Shown here: in pieces, positions 1 to 12,620 of the stretch
Layout: every line of letters starts with the position of its first letter
Numbering within the stretch: the stretch's first letter is position 1
NCBI GenBank assembly: GCA_011109175.1
Contig: RDEW01000033.1
Coordinates: 596,207 to 660,206, forward strand
Direction of reading: 5' to 3'
DNA length: 64,000 nt
Source: Dicyema japonicum
Lineage: Eukaryota > Animalia > Dicyemida
Notes under the pieces: generated by a model
What the model saw: the letters and a program-made list of their open reading frames with translations, nothing else
Told to the model about the DNA's origin: nothing
Databases searched by the model: none
Program-made: the position numbers and the translations under genes

Positions 1-141
1 CTAAATTTCTAATAAATGTCCTTTGGATTGCGGATTATGAAGTTTCGGGTTATTGAAGCCGGTTTGTAAGGAAACTGTAAAATTTTGCTAACTCACCAAA
101 AAATTCGGATTATTGAAGTTGGGATTAATGAGGGTTTACTG
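1..141. mobile_element. Right end of a pogo/Tigger-like (Tc1-mariner superfamily) MITE
   Basis: GGATTAATGAGGGTTTACTG (122-141) reads CAGTAAACCCTCATTAATCC on the minus strand, resembling pogo-type termini. It is preceded by three degenerate CGGATTATTGAAG subterminal repeats. The left end is outside the window and no TA duplication follows. Confidence 0.4.
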
Positions 142-630
142 AAAATTAGCGTGCTGAAATGCGTCATGTACAATTTCATGAGAAACCTTAGAAAAAATAC
201 AAAAATTAAAAGAAATGAAAGATGAGTTAAACATCTCAAGACGAGAAATAGATCGTTTAGTGAAAATAGTTAAAAAAAAATGACCTAGACATCACATTCA
301 TCCCGCTCACTATGAGAAACTTATTGGAGCGCACAGCAATCGTGGTAGGCATTTGGAGGTAGTCAACCTCCTCGTTAGTAATAGTAGAGTTAACTAACAA
401 GTCTGCTGAATCAATTCTTTTAAATAATAATAAGCATAAATCTCCATGAATATCGAACAACGCGTACTCTCTTATTAAACATTCATAGTTTAGGGGTCAG
501 GTGGTAATCGTACCATCCTTATTTTCCTTGTTGGGAAAGACTGGTCATAAACAATAATAAAAAATCCCACAAAAACAAAGCAAGTCAGCTAATTGAATAA
601 ATAAAATTTATTAAAATTGAACAATAAGAA

Positions 631-2312
631 CTATCCTTTGATAACTGCAATAGGACGCAATTTTATACACTTTTTGCTAATATTAGCCAGGTGACATGTG
701 TCCACTACTTCAGAAACGTCTTTGTATGACTGGAGCCTCTTCCATTATCAGCTTGGGAGAGGCCACTCTGATTGAGATTCCCTTCTGTCTCATTACTTCC
801 AGCACATCTTCAAAAGCAAGAGATCGTCTAGCCTTCGCTCGGAAAGAGCCCTTCCAGCTCCGTGACACGTCGTTCCAAACGTCTCAGAAAAACCCACGTC
901 AGTCCCAGTCAGCACATAACTGCACGTGCCCATCGTCCCGCCAATTAAAATGGGCTGGCCAGTCAGCTAAAAATATAAATTCTAGCAAACTTGATAATCA
1001 ACAGGGATCAAGGGATGATGAGGTGGAAAAGCCCGGGTTGATCCCTTCCGATGTACAAGAAGCTGCATGCGTCTCCCGTCAACCACATGTTCCTCCATTT
1101 TAGCGATGTTATGGGAGACGTCATATACCACGTGCATGTCCAAGTCGTCCGGGGAAGTATCAAACTGTTTATAGAAGGCCTTAAAATTACAGAAGACAAA
1201 ACCTGCCGCGTAAGAAAGGTCATCGAGGACCGGTTTACCCAGGCATAGTTAGCCGCTGCTGCCATCGACTTTAAATAATTCTGACCTTCTTCTGAACTGA
1301 TCCTTGCACATGCCAGTTGCCGGTCATTCACATCAATCTGGTCTCTTCTCATAGACTTGTCCATTTCGACCAGAGCGTTTTTGGATAAAAAGAACTAACC
1401 CGTGGCCACTTGGTGACCCAGTTCTCGACTTCCACTGTGGATCACCACACAAACTTGGCCTACTCTGTCTATCCCCATCTTGGAGGAGGCAAATTTGTCG
1501 TAAATTTAATTCACTACTTGGATCTCTATATAGTGATTTCCGGCACTCTATTTACATAGCTGAAGAGGATCTCTTTTCTTGGCCTTGAAACTGACCTTTG
1601 AAGGGTCCGCCTGTAGCACGCAACCATACTCCTCACAATGTTCCTTATCCTCAGCCCATGAGTATCCTTGGGTATCTATAAAGCACCAAACCTTGTCTGA
1701 CGCTCCAATCCATGCCCATCAACAGAGACTCCTCCAAATCCCTGAATTATAAGGTTAACAACTTTTCTGTCATTGACACAACACCATGTGACCCAATTCC
1801 GTCAGGAATGTGGTCAAAAAGTTAATGAGAGAGTTGTTCCTTTACAGGTTCGACGACCTTCTCGCTCAAATTAGTCCTAATTAGCTGATTTCCACAGTTT
1901 ATATCGAATCCAACTCCACCGGGGGAGACCACAGCCTTGGAATCTGTCATATCAAAAGCTGCTGTGTTTCCTATAGCGAATCCATACCCCAAATGGACGT
2001 CTGGCAGCCCAATGGAGTTCTGGAATTATTATTGAACTGGTACCCCGACTATGCCAGGGAGAGAGGCAACGTTGGCAATTTGTTTGATTGAAGGAAGAAA
2101 TCCACCACTTCCCTCATACTCAGAGTAATGGTGTAATTCGTCGAACACAAGTTTTTCAAGGGATTTGTTGACGTATAATAGCCCTTCCACCTATGTAAGT
2201 GAATAATGGTTTATACATTCATATGAGGCTGCATTCCCTTCAATATTCTCCATGAATATGCATTTTTCCTCTTTAAGAACTGTAACTCTTCCTGATATGT
2301 CCGAACAACCAT
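631..2312 (-). pseudogene. RTCB: RtcB (tRNA-splicing ligase/HSPC117) intron-containing pseudogene
   Basis: Spliced translation aligns end to end with animal RtcB (MVVRTYQEELQFL... FDINCG... GNHY... IHSGS... YDVSHN... TCHGAG... [10 protein letters not shown]-stop). It carries in-frame TAA at 1822-1824 and 1506-1508, a deletion across an intron/exon junction near 1550, an intron ending AA near 1379, and frameshifts near 841 and 735. Confidence 0.9.
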
Positions 2313-2429
2313 GAAACTGGTTCAATTTTAGCGATTTTAAATGCCGAATTTATTTTTTTTAAAAAGAAGGAAAAATTATAAATAGTTAAACTTATAAATT
2401 TTAAATATTGCGTTCATCAAAGAGGATCC

Positions 2430-2560
2430 AACAATTCTTCTCCGGGGACAACGTCGTTACCTGGTGACAAGTTCTGGAATGCTGGAACGAGTCAGGATCG
2501 AGGAGTTAGTAGGTTTAGTTACCCTTGGTCTTTAGAAATAATTTTTATTTTTTTATATAA
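2430..2560 (+). mobile_element. 3' end of a LINE (same family as 52790-52910)
   Basis: Close similarity to the reverse complement of 52790-52910 (GGACAAYGTCGTT... GACAAGTTCTGGA... GAGTCAGGATCRAGGAGTTAG... TTGGTCTTT), terminal stem-loop and AT-rich tail. Confidence 0.6.
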
Positions 2561-2607
2561 TAAAATAATTTTTTAACAAAGAAACAAATGTCAGTTGAGG
2601 AAGCAGT

Positions 2608-3753
2608 TTAGTGGATTGCGAACGAGTTCCCTTGGAGTATGGCTATTCCAATCTTTTGTCTCAGCCATAACTTCTCGTTGATCCCTTTTTTTCTGGCAAG
2701 CATTCCTCCGAGTTCTCGCAAGAACTCAGCCGTCATTGGACCAACGGCTCCCGATGATTCGGTCGCAACAGGAGTAAATCGGTAGCGATCCCCGAGGCAA
2801 GAATTTTTCTTGATTTTTAGGTTTTCCGCAGTCGAAGCAGTGCTCCAGGTGTCTGAACCGATTTGAAAATATTCGTGCTTGAGAACGTCTACACAAGTTG
2901 CGTCCCAGACCAAAGATCTTCCAGACGTGAAGGGGAAAAGAGTCATCCCGTCAGGTCTCTTTCCATCTCCTCGATCAAGACCACTGGTTCAAGCTGTGCT
3001 GGGAAGCCTGTAACCTTCAGAGCTCTGACGATTACATAGTTCAGAGCAGCATGACGTGGTCCTCTTCCGGCGCTTCTTCTGCAGGACAGCGGGTGCAATC
3101 ACTTCGCATCGACTGTTTATCCGCATCGGCATCGGTGCTCCTGGCAAACGTCTAGTTTTAGCCTTTGTCCGATTCCAATCCTCAAAGAATCGTCGTCCTA
3201 TAAGGTCCCGAGGTTTAGGAAAGGTATTGCACCGAGCCATGCTCCACTCCCTCCACTTTAGTTGACACCAAACAAGCCAGACGATGTTGATTTGCTTCTT
3301 TTTTAAGGTCTTCCAAAATTTTGGAGCAGACAATGTTATCCCGATTACTTTGCTTCGTTGTGTCTTTGGGGATTTTGAGTCCGGACCCGTTCCAAACTTC
3401 GTCAAATAACTCATTCCAGCGAAGTCCAATAGTGTTATGAAGGACTTGCCGTGTCAAATGGCTGCAGCTTGAGAAAGACGATAGATATGCCGGGTATGCA
3501 ACCTCCAGTGCCGATCTAAGACCGACACCCTAAAATCCAGAGGGAAGCTTACATTGCTTCCAATCAAGTTCGTCGAAGCGGACGTTAACTAGTGACTCAA
3601 CAGTTTGTTTGAGAGATTTGTATATCGAAAGTAGACTGTCATATTGTTCGTAGGAGAGTGAACATCTGAGTAGATATAAAAGCTTGGTAGTCGACTCTCA
3701 CACATCTTTCTCATCAGGAAGAAAGATTGGACTTCGCTGGAATGAGTTATTTG
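2608..3753 (-). mobile_element. Degenerate 5'-truncated CRE-like non-LTR retrotransposon (thumb, zinc knuckle, RLE endonuclease)
   Basis: Frameshifted translations give TKLLYLLRCS, WKQCKLPSGFxGVGLRSA, RRFRKRTTSCCS, MTLFPFTSGRSLVWDATCVD and IGIAILQGN, homologous to the intact ORF at 14305-15120. Confidence 0.8.
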
Positions 3754-6059
3754 TGTAATTAGCCTATCAAATTTCAGTCAAATCGTGAATTGTCTAGACA
3801 TTTCATGACCGGATGGGCTAACTATCTTTCCGTTCACTGAGGGAAAATCGCTTGTATGGGACTGCACTGTTGTGGATTCTTTCTCGAACTCGTTGTTACT
3901 CAGCTCGGCGAAGTCTGCTGGATCGGCAGACGATCTGGCCGATAAAATCAAGATTAAAAAATATGGCGAAATTGGAGACCGCGTTCGTTTTGTACCGGTG
4001 GTGCGGGAAGTACCACAGCCTCTTTCTTGAAGGAAATCGGGGGGAAATTGACCATCCGTAAAAAAGACATGCGGGAAGTGGTCTGACTGAGGCCACGAAT
4101 TTGGATTGTAGTTGTCCGCGGAAACGCTTACTCCGTAATGGCAGCAGCCGCTTTTCCCCATAGTTAATAAATAATATTTTATTGTTAAATAAAACGTGTT
4201 AATAAAAAAAATTCATGAATTGACTGCAACATATATATTTTGCAGAGAAAATCGTTAATTATTTCCAACTCAACTATTTGTTAGGTTTTTAGTTACTTCA
4301 TGTAGAAAATACATACACAAAATTATTTATAATCAAATTGGAGTTTGTCATAATTTTTTATTTTTTTAAATAAAATAAACAAAAAGGTTATACAGCATCT
4401 GCACTGACTGCGTGGCTATTCCCTCTCAGGATGGCGAGTGAGATTCGCTCAAATAACCAGCAGCGTCACGGGGATCTCTTGTTCGTGCAGAAATCCGATT
4501 CCCAAGACGACTCATGAATTCCAGCGTCGCAGGTGCAAAAGGACCAGACGTTTAATCGCAAGCGGAGCGAACAAAAAAATCATCGAGTAGAACCTCACTT
4601 GTGTCGTCGTGGAGCTATGGTTGACCGGAAAAAAATTCATCTTCTTTCCTGCAGAAAGAACGCTGAGAGATTTTCCAAACAACCGCCTTCAACTGGATTA
4701 TTAAATATGGCCTGGAGTAACTTGTTTTTTCTTAGATGTCTGTGGAAACTGAATTTCCATAACCAGAGAACATATAGATGGGGTACCTCTTCTCTTTTTT
4801 TAAATTTAAATTTTAAATATTTACAGCTCCATCCTGAATATGATAGTTCAAGGATTCATCCTCAAGGCAGCAATCAAAGAATTAACGTTCTACGGGCAAT
4901 TCTATTTTCCTCAAAAGCCGACAACCAAAATCAGCAGGTACACCATTGTTGGATTGACCACGACTTAGACATATTCATATGGGAATATGGTAACTCATTC
5001 TATAGGCATTCGTGTCAAAATTCAATATCGAATATTATGTCCGACATTAGGAGGCTTACATATTTTCAAAAACGGCGACAGTTACCCAAGTCCGCTGATT
5101 TTTGGTAAGAGATATGAAGAAGGAATGCAAGTGTACATAGCATTAACGTCGAAAAAATAATGACGGATATTGAAAGTGTGTCTGTTGAAGTTTCCAAGAG
5201 TTTGAGCGAACGATTGAATATTTACTGAATTGGAAGGCCCAGGATGAGGTTTATAGTAAAGAAGTTTCACATGTCTAGAAGATTTAATTTTACTGAGATG
5301 CTCGGGATTGTTAATGAGGATTATGTACCAGGGAAGTGATTTTTACTGGAATAGCCTCCCAAAAAGTGATACGACACTTTCACTAATGATCTGTTTGTGT
5401 CATCATTCTCGACAAATCACCTATTGATGATTTAAAACCTATCTCGACTAATGAAGATGTTGTCAGGATGGTGTGAATTATAACTCAGAGCTGTTGGATT
5501 TGAAAAAAACCTAAGTCAGCTACTAACTCTATGTCGTTATTGAATAGCTTGCCGGACATGTGATTGAACGTACCTGGACGTGTTGGAAGGTCCACCTGGA
5601 GAATTCGAAAATATGAATGTTAAAATATCATAAGTAAGCCAAGGAATCGAAAGATTGATGAATACAAAACCGTTAATTTAAGGTTATTAATGACCACGTG
5701 ACGTCTCTATAATTATTGGAATTATTATGAAATAATCGATACACCCATACGTAGTTTATTGATTAAATGTGCATCTCAAACCTGCATGCCAGCAGATATT
5801 ATTTTTACCTAACAACTACCTTGGAAGAGGGTTGCGTTCAATCACTTCTTTGAGAGGATGCTGTTTGGTTTTTGTAGTCAAAACTCATGAGTGCTGTGTG
5901 TAGAAGTGGCCCAATTTTTAGGGAAAACAAATCTGGTTATTATTGAAGAATTTGTTCGGCATAAGTATTCTGTGTGATACTCCGGCCTTTGGTATGAGAT
6001 TATTGTACAGACAGAAACTTGATGAATCAGACTGAAGTAGAGTTTGAATTCCGTCATAT

Positions 6060-6400
6060 ACAAGATCTTATCGGAAGATTATGTTTGCACAAATAGTTCT
6101 CATTGACTTTTAAGAGGAAATAATTCTCCAAGGTCGGAGGCTTTGCTCTGTTTGATTCAGGACTTGTTTTCGGGGAACAAAATATGTGCGATCTTTGTAG
6201 TAAGTGGAAGAAGACTGTGGATCACTGCCCAAGATGCGAAAAGATGCTGCATGAAGATTATGTAAGAAGACACAATGATGCCTCTATTTCCATTTTTGTA
6301 AGGAATTTAGTCTGAAGAACGAGAGGAAATTGAAGACTCATTCAATACATTCTGTTGCTATGAATTAGTGGAGATAAGGGACACATATCAAAACAGACAC
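6060..6400 (+). mobile_element. R4/Dong-like non-LTR retrotransposon C-terminal fragment
   Basis: Degenerate CxxC...DH...C knuckle followed by YVRRHND, as in RLE-type elements. Many stops and frameshifts. Confidence 0.4.
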
Positions 6401-6717
6401 AGTTGTTGGAAGGGATCTTCCTACCTTCTCCCTGACTAAATCCACTGTTGAATATTACCATTATGAAAACTTTTCCGCCTAAGAACTAAGTGATGTCCGC
6501 GATGGTGCGATATGTGATGAAAATGAATGAGGGTGCACCTACTTCTCCTATTTGAGAATGGATTTGTCGACACAAACAGGACATTCTCTCTTTGGTTTTT
6601 GAAATACCTAGCGAACTTTTTCTGAAATGAACTATGAGAATTCCATTCGCAAACAAAATTTAGTGACCCCTAAGCCACGTGGATATTCAGGAGAATCATT
6701 CTAACATCGGTATAGAG

Positions 6718-7570
6718 CAGAGGTTGTCAAACGGTGTGCCGTGGCACACTAAGTGTGCCGCAAGACAATCTCTAGTGTGCCCCCTGCCAAACACAAATTT
6801 GAATAATTTTATATACATTTTTGACCTAATTAATTTAAAAAGATAAACGAATTAAAATAATTACTAAAATTAAAATAATTATTTTTTATTATACATTAAA
6901 TGACATTTACATTGGTTAACCATTATTTATTAATTTTTTAATAACGTGCGCATCAACGTGCTTATGGGTAAATCAGTTCGTCTTTCTTATAAAGATTCTT
7001 ATTTGTCATTTGGATTTATATGCAAAGATAAAAATAAACTACCTCAATGTCTAATTTGCATGGAAGTTTTGGCAAGTGATGCTATGGTTCCTAGCAAACT
7101 AAAGAGACATTTTACTTCCAAGCATCCGGACTATTCCGAAAAATCTGTGGATTATTTTACCCATTTGAAAAAAACAACTTAAGTATTATTTAGTTTTTAC
7201 TATGAATCGTAGATCTGATGTTCAGTGAAACTTTTTTAAACACAAAGAATCATTGAAATGTTCATACCTGATCTCAGAAGTGATAGCAAAACAACTAAAA
7301 CCTCACATTATTGGCGAAAACTAGATAATCCCTGCTTGTCGTATTATTGCTCGGACTATGTTTAGTCATAAATATGAACAAAAAATAATGAAGATAAACA
7401 ATAATAATTAAGAATTCATTTTTATTAATAAAAATTTGGGCATTAAATTACCAATTTTTGTACTTAGTTTTACACATCTTAAAAATTTAATTTTTTTATA
7501 TTTTAATGTGTGCCGTGGATTATTTTTTTACGATTAGTGTGCCGCGAGAATTATTTTTTGAAAAGCTCTG
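6718..7570 (+). mobile_element. Internally deleted hAT (Buster/Charlie-type) DNA transposon
   Basis: Termini CAGAGGTTGTCAAAC and (reverse complement) CAGAGCTTTTCAAAA, with a perfect 8-bp TSD GTATAGAG (6710-6717, 7571-7578; nnnTAnnn type). Internal N-terminal transposase remnant PQCLICMEVLASDAMVPSKLKRHFTSKHP. Confidence 0.92.
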
Positions 7571-8233
7571 GTATAGAGTCTTTCAATATCATAAATATTA
7601 GCGGTTACGTGCATTCAAAAAATATAATAAAACACAAGAATTAACAGTAAATCACATACTATCATTAATAATAGTTAGTGGTTTTACTGATAGTTAATTT
7701 GATAATGAACAAGCTTTATTTTTACTAAATCAGAATATCGGTAAGACTATTGAGGGGTTCAATCATCGACCAATTTTACTGCAGGTATGGTCTTGATAAC
7801 TCTATGCAACCTTCTTTATCGTGGTGAATGATTGTTTCCACCATTCTGTGGGCAATATTTCTTCCAATAATCGGATGTAGACTTTGGCGACCTTGTATCT
7901 TACCGTGTGATCCGTCTAGGCCACGTGACCGTTATAGGACCATTAGTCAAATGGTAATCCTTTTGGCCTTGCCTGCAGACCATGTAGTCCATTTGGTTGT
8001 ACATTTTGGTCAGGGTCCCATGCTGGTCTCTACTCGTCCCTGTAGCGATGTGTCAACCACCTTGGAATCGCCATCTTCCGCGGCAATGATGCCTAATTTG
8101 TTACAGTGTTTAATGTTGAGTTTAAAAAATCTTCATGTCTCAGAACCAAGATGACCAGCTTATTTCACTCCCGTTTCGAGACTATATTTCTATTCATTTT
8201 ATTTGAGAGTACATTGGTGGTAATGAAACATAA

Positions 8234-8707
8234 TTAATAATCAAAAATAGTTCCGAAATCATATCCATATTTTTTACTCAAAGTCGAAGGAGTTTCTGAG
8301 TAAATACTTTTGACTTTCATGTCAGCCCCGACACTTTTGAGGTATATTATTGATGTTAAACTACCATTTTCAACTGCCAGGTGAATTGGAGTTAATAATT
8401 CGTTATTTTTTATATTAATGTTAGCATTGTGATGCAAAAGGAGTCTGATAATCTCCACGTTGTCTAGCACTGTATATATAGCTTAAACCAAAATAGCAGC
8501 CCAGTGGAGAGGAGCAAGTCCTCCGCAGTCGTTGTCTTTGAAATTAGGGTCACAGTCAGTATTTCTTAATAGGAATTCAACTTTGGATCTGTTCTGTGAA
8601 TAAACTGCGTGATGGAGATCAAATAAATAATTTCTGTCTGCTTTGACTAAGTGTAGTTCTATGGAATGATGATTCAGTGCACCTTTCTGTTGCTTTGTTT
8701 TCTTCAT
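8234..8707 (-). CDS. Small ankyrin-repeat protein (one micro-intron)
   Basis: DLHHAV...LLRN, APLHWAAIL/DNVEIIRLLL and TPIHLAVENG ankyrin motifs. A 25-nt GT-AG intron joins the two ORFs only if one G is added at the donor (8488-8489). Confidence 0.75.
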
Positions 8708-9149
8708 TCACGAATTTGTCCTCAACTTAATTGTTATCGTGCTTTTGTTTACTTAAATTTAATTTGGCCACAATCAATATTACGTTCAATATCACAAATC
8801 TTTAAATTGTGATGCCCTTCCCAATTGCTTTTGTTCAAACCACGAAAACGTCAGAATTTTGTTTGATCAAATTCAATCAATATATTTATTTACCTCCAGT
8901 TTTTTAAGTGAGGGAACTCTGTGGTTGGCAGGAACGTAGCATTCGAATACGGAGTTCCAGAGATCAGTCGAATTAATCTGACGTGAAGGGAAATTTTCTG
9001 CATACCAGGAGAAAAAGAGGTGTCCTATCTATATTCTCTGGTTATGGAAATTCCGTTTCCACCGACATTTGAGAAAAAACATACTACTCAGGCCACGTTT
9101 GATAATCTAGTTCAGTGTTTCTCAACGAGAGGCGATTTTTTTCTTTCAG

Positions 9150-9720
9150 GAAATTATTATTATTATTTAAGCCAAAGAAACACCGTCTTAACCAATAACT
9201 AATATTCAGGTGATCCCGGCATCTCTCAATAATCGGGCCATTTTTTCTCGATGCTCCGACTGTGATCCACGCATTTTCTATACGGACGGGGTCTTTTTCC
9301 TTTTCTCTTCTGAAATTGCCTCCAGTTGCCTCTATGATAGACTCGAGTGCTCTGGGGCAATTTCTTTATCTGTATTTTTATAGTAACTATTTGCTCTTGA
9401 CTGGATATCTTGAATTTTTGTTAAGTTCGTTGCCGACAGGTTAGATCCCCATGCAGCACATGCATAGCCTATTGTTGGCTCGACATACTGCTTGTAGAGG
9501 GTCCCGATACCTGGCGGATAAATTTTTCCACAGTTCCAAAGGAAGGCCTTTACAAAATTGATCTTCTTTGCACAGGTTGATATGATAGATTCCACATGGG
9601 CTGAGAAGCAGAGGAAAGTATCAAAAGTTACTCCCAGTATCTTCTGCGTTTTCTTTTGTGGTATAGGTACTCCATTTAACGTGACATCAATTGTTTGCGT
9701 TCCCATCTTTCTATTCTTAG
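9150..9720 (-). mobile_element. LINE ORF2 C-terminal fragment (GIT-stop family) with 3' tail
   Basis: ILGVTFDTFLCFSAHV... YKQYVEPTIGYACAAW RT C-terminus. Ends EHREKMARLLRDAGIT-stop, then a stem-loop and a (TAA)n tail. Confidence 0.75.
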
Positions 9721-9849
9721 TAAATGATTTTTTAATAAGTGATTTTTTTAATTATGAAATATTTATACTTAAATTTATTTTAAATAATTAAATAATATAG
9801 CATTGACTTTTTGACAAAGGCGAAAAATTTTTTATAGGGCGACAACGAC

Positions 9850-10400
9850 AGTCAATGATGATCCGGATCCTACTTGCGAACACTGAAATACAAATCTGGG
9901 TCGGTTCAAAGCGATCCCGTGAATTTGAGACACATATTGGCACTCTTCAAGGAGATTCTTTATCGCCACTACTATTTGTTATCCATCTGGAAGCTGACCT
10001 TGGGGAACTACGATCCAAAACTGAGCAGACTTCGATCACTTAAAAGAGAAACTCAATTGACATATGAGAAATGGAGAACAAAGTCGGTTCACTACTCGGT
10101 GATTGGGAAGATGTTCAGCGAAGGAAAATGTTATCGATTCCTGCACTTAAAGACTAAAGTCCACGTGGATAAACTATTCACACGTCTCAACATCCATAAA
10201 GGTGCGTTTATACATTTATTCTGCCTATTTTGCTGTACAACACATGAACGTGGGGTTTGAATCAAACTTGTAATGAAAACCTTGCTTTTTACAGAAAACA
10301 ACTGAAATCCCTATTGGACATAAGCTATCCGAAGGTGATCAGCAACCAGAACTTATACACTATCTGTAAATCTGCGACTGAAAAATGCTGATCACTCACG
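9850..10400 (+). mobile_element. RTE-like LINE reverse transcriptase fragment
   Basis: GTLQGDSLSPLLFVIHLE (RT domain 4) followed by a frameshifted downstream RT sequence. Confidence 0.7.
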
Positions 10401-11346
10401 ACTTCCGAAAAATCGCAATCTCAGGAGGAACGTGGAGGCGTCTGACTACAAAGATTATCCGGGTCCAGCACAAGCGACGTCAATGAATTAACTTTCTTGT
10501 TGCGAATGTGTGCAATAATAACACGTGGTTGACTGATAACTCATCTTTTTCATGTTCATAAACACCGAAATATCAGTTTGACATCTTTATCAATATATCC
10601 TTTCAAATTAAGGGGGTGTTGTATTTCTATCCCCCATGTTTATGATAGGCAAAATTAACAGCGAAACCTTTGACTTCTGATTTATTCAATAATTACACGT
10701 AATTCTATTGATTTGAAAGGGATCCTTCTTAATTTCAGGATCATTACCCCCTCTTTCGTTATCTGGCAGAACAATCCTTTATTATGAAATTTATTTACAA
10801 TTGCACTCCATAATTGGTAGAATAATAGTTCACAAGATTTCCCTTATTTTCAAATAAGGAGATGGTGGAGTTGGCCCGTCAGACAAACGTAGTCATAAGC
10901 CTCCGAGTAAGAGAAACCGAGTGATGACTACAGGATGGCCAATATCAGTAAACACATTAACTTGAGCTTCGTATCATCAGAGATTAATAGCAATAGATTT
11001 TCCTGACTGATAGTCATAATGTTTACAATTTCCTAAGTCGTTTAGCAAGTAACGTCGGTAGTTGGGGAAGAAACGAGTGGCTTTCATCAAAGGAGTTATG
11101 TCCAAGATACTTCCAACAAGATCTAGAACATATAACCAGCCGATTAAAATGGAGTCAAAAAAATAAACACTTTTTTCAGATTTGAAATATGATAAAACGT
11201 ATATTCCTCTTCAATTTTGAGTTACAAGTGACTCAACAGTCATTCTACACGAAAACTCTGGGACGTAAAATTTTACTCGGTGGCATATTCAATTTGCATC
11301 GAAAGATGTTTGTCTCCAGAACACTCTAATGTTTTTCCAAGGATAA

Positions 11347-11648
11347 TAATAATAAAGCCTTTTCACGAGAGCCATAGTATTTATAGCTCCGCATAGGCAG
11401 GACATACACTGTATTTATGTTAAGAACAGTTAATTTTAACTAATCGTAGAACAAAGGAATGATCTTCACTTCTTTTTCTTGTGTGTGGATCCTTTCTAGA
11501 CAATCCAGTTCCGAGTGAGTATCCACTGATGACGGCGTCACTCGTCAAACCCTTTCTGCATCGTAGATGCGTGGAACCTTCCACCAGGTGAACAGCAGCG
11601 AGATTTGAACCCATAGCCTAAGCCCGACACCTAACCACTATGCCACCT
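11347..11648 (-). mobile_element. tRNA-headed SINE, full-length copy A
   Basis: A box TGGCATAGTGG, B box GGTTCAAATCT, body shared with 46801-47110 and 63329-63520, (TTA)n tail, 8-bp TSD AAGGATAA at 11339-11346 and 11649-11656. Confidence 0.9.
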
Positions 11649-11789
11649 AAGGATAAGTAAGAGTTAAAAAACTGGCAATTAATTAAAGTCATAAAAGACA
11701 ATCACAGCACATTAACTTTTTATGCTCAAACCTCTTTAAAAATTGTATTTATAAAATTTTCAGAAAAATATGAACAAATAAAAATAATA

Positions 11790-12620
11790 TTCAAAAAATT
11801 ATATACCTTGAAGCTGCTTTACGGGAGTCAAAACCGATAATGGATGAAAAGACAAACATTATTGCGTATGCTGACGACGTAGACTTTATTTCAAACGACA
11901 AAATACCGCTCACCCGCTTGATGGAAGAAGTGCCTAGAAGACTTGCCGAATGGTTCCTAACAGTAAATCCCGACAAGACTGAGGTAACTGAACTCAAGAG
12001 GGAAGAAACAAAGACGGAAAAGTACTGGCGCAAGTGCAAAAAGCTTGGCTCCCTCCTATGAGACCATGAAGAAATTACAAGAAGGAAAACCCTAGCACAA
12101 ACTGCCCTCTCCAAGAACACCTGGCTCCACAAAAAAGGCCTTGACATTATAACAAAAACTCGATTATACAACTCGCTAGTGAAACCCATACTACTGTATA
12201 ACGCTGGTACCTGGGCCTGCTCAAGAAATGAAGAGGCTTAATGCGCTTGATAGAGACCAACTACGGCATATGATGTTCGAAAGAAGTGATACGAAAATGT
12301 CATCTATTCTTTTTTATAAGAGGACAAAGACCTCAGTAATTTCTAATGAGATTCTGGATACACGATGGAGGCTTTTCGGCCATATTCTGCGACTGGACCT
12401 AGATGCTTCCGCGAACGTAGTTATGGAGGATTACTTCATGTTGGAGGCTCCTCGTTTCCGTGGTCGCCCAAGGACGAGACTGCCAGTCGATCTCGACGAG
12501 GTCCTCAAAGAAATGTGACGGTTACTGCGGCTTTGAATAGGAGGAAGTGGATGAAACTAACCAGTGATTTGCTAACTCGTGTACACATGCTTTGTCAAGT
12601 CCTATGACATAGCGATAAGT
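11790..12620 (+). mobile_element. RTE-like LINE 3' fragment
   Basis: IAYADDVDF, CKKLGSLL, YNSLVKPILLYNAGTW, RWRLFGHILRL and FRGRPRTRL motifs, with stops and frameshifts. Confidence 0.85.

Noticed and set aside
1506-1824. Alternative genetic code (TAA read as an amino acid) suggested by two in-frame TAA in RtcB
   Set aside because: TAA terminates the myosin, ankyrin and dsRBD genes at expected positions. The decoded PP6, Rad17 and kinesin frames contain no in-frame TAR, and RtcB has many other lesions.
5280-5700. Possible piggyBac-like transposase relic (DLFVSSFSTNHLL)
   Set aside because: One short degenerate motif, with no TTAA termini found.
10560-11100. Possible Polinton-type DNA polymerase B relic on the minus strand (KSEVKGFAVNF)
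   Set aside because: Only a weak motif resemblance amid many stops. A profile search would be required.
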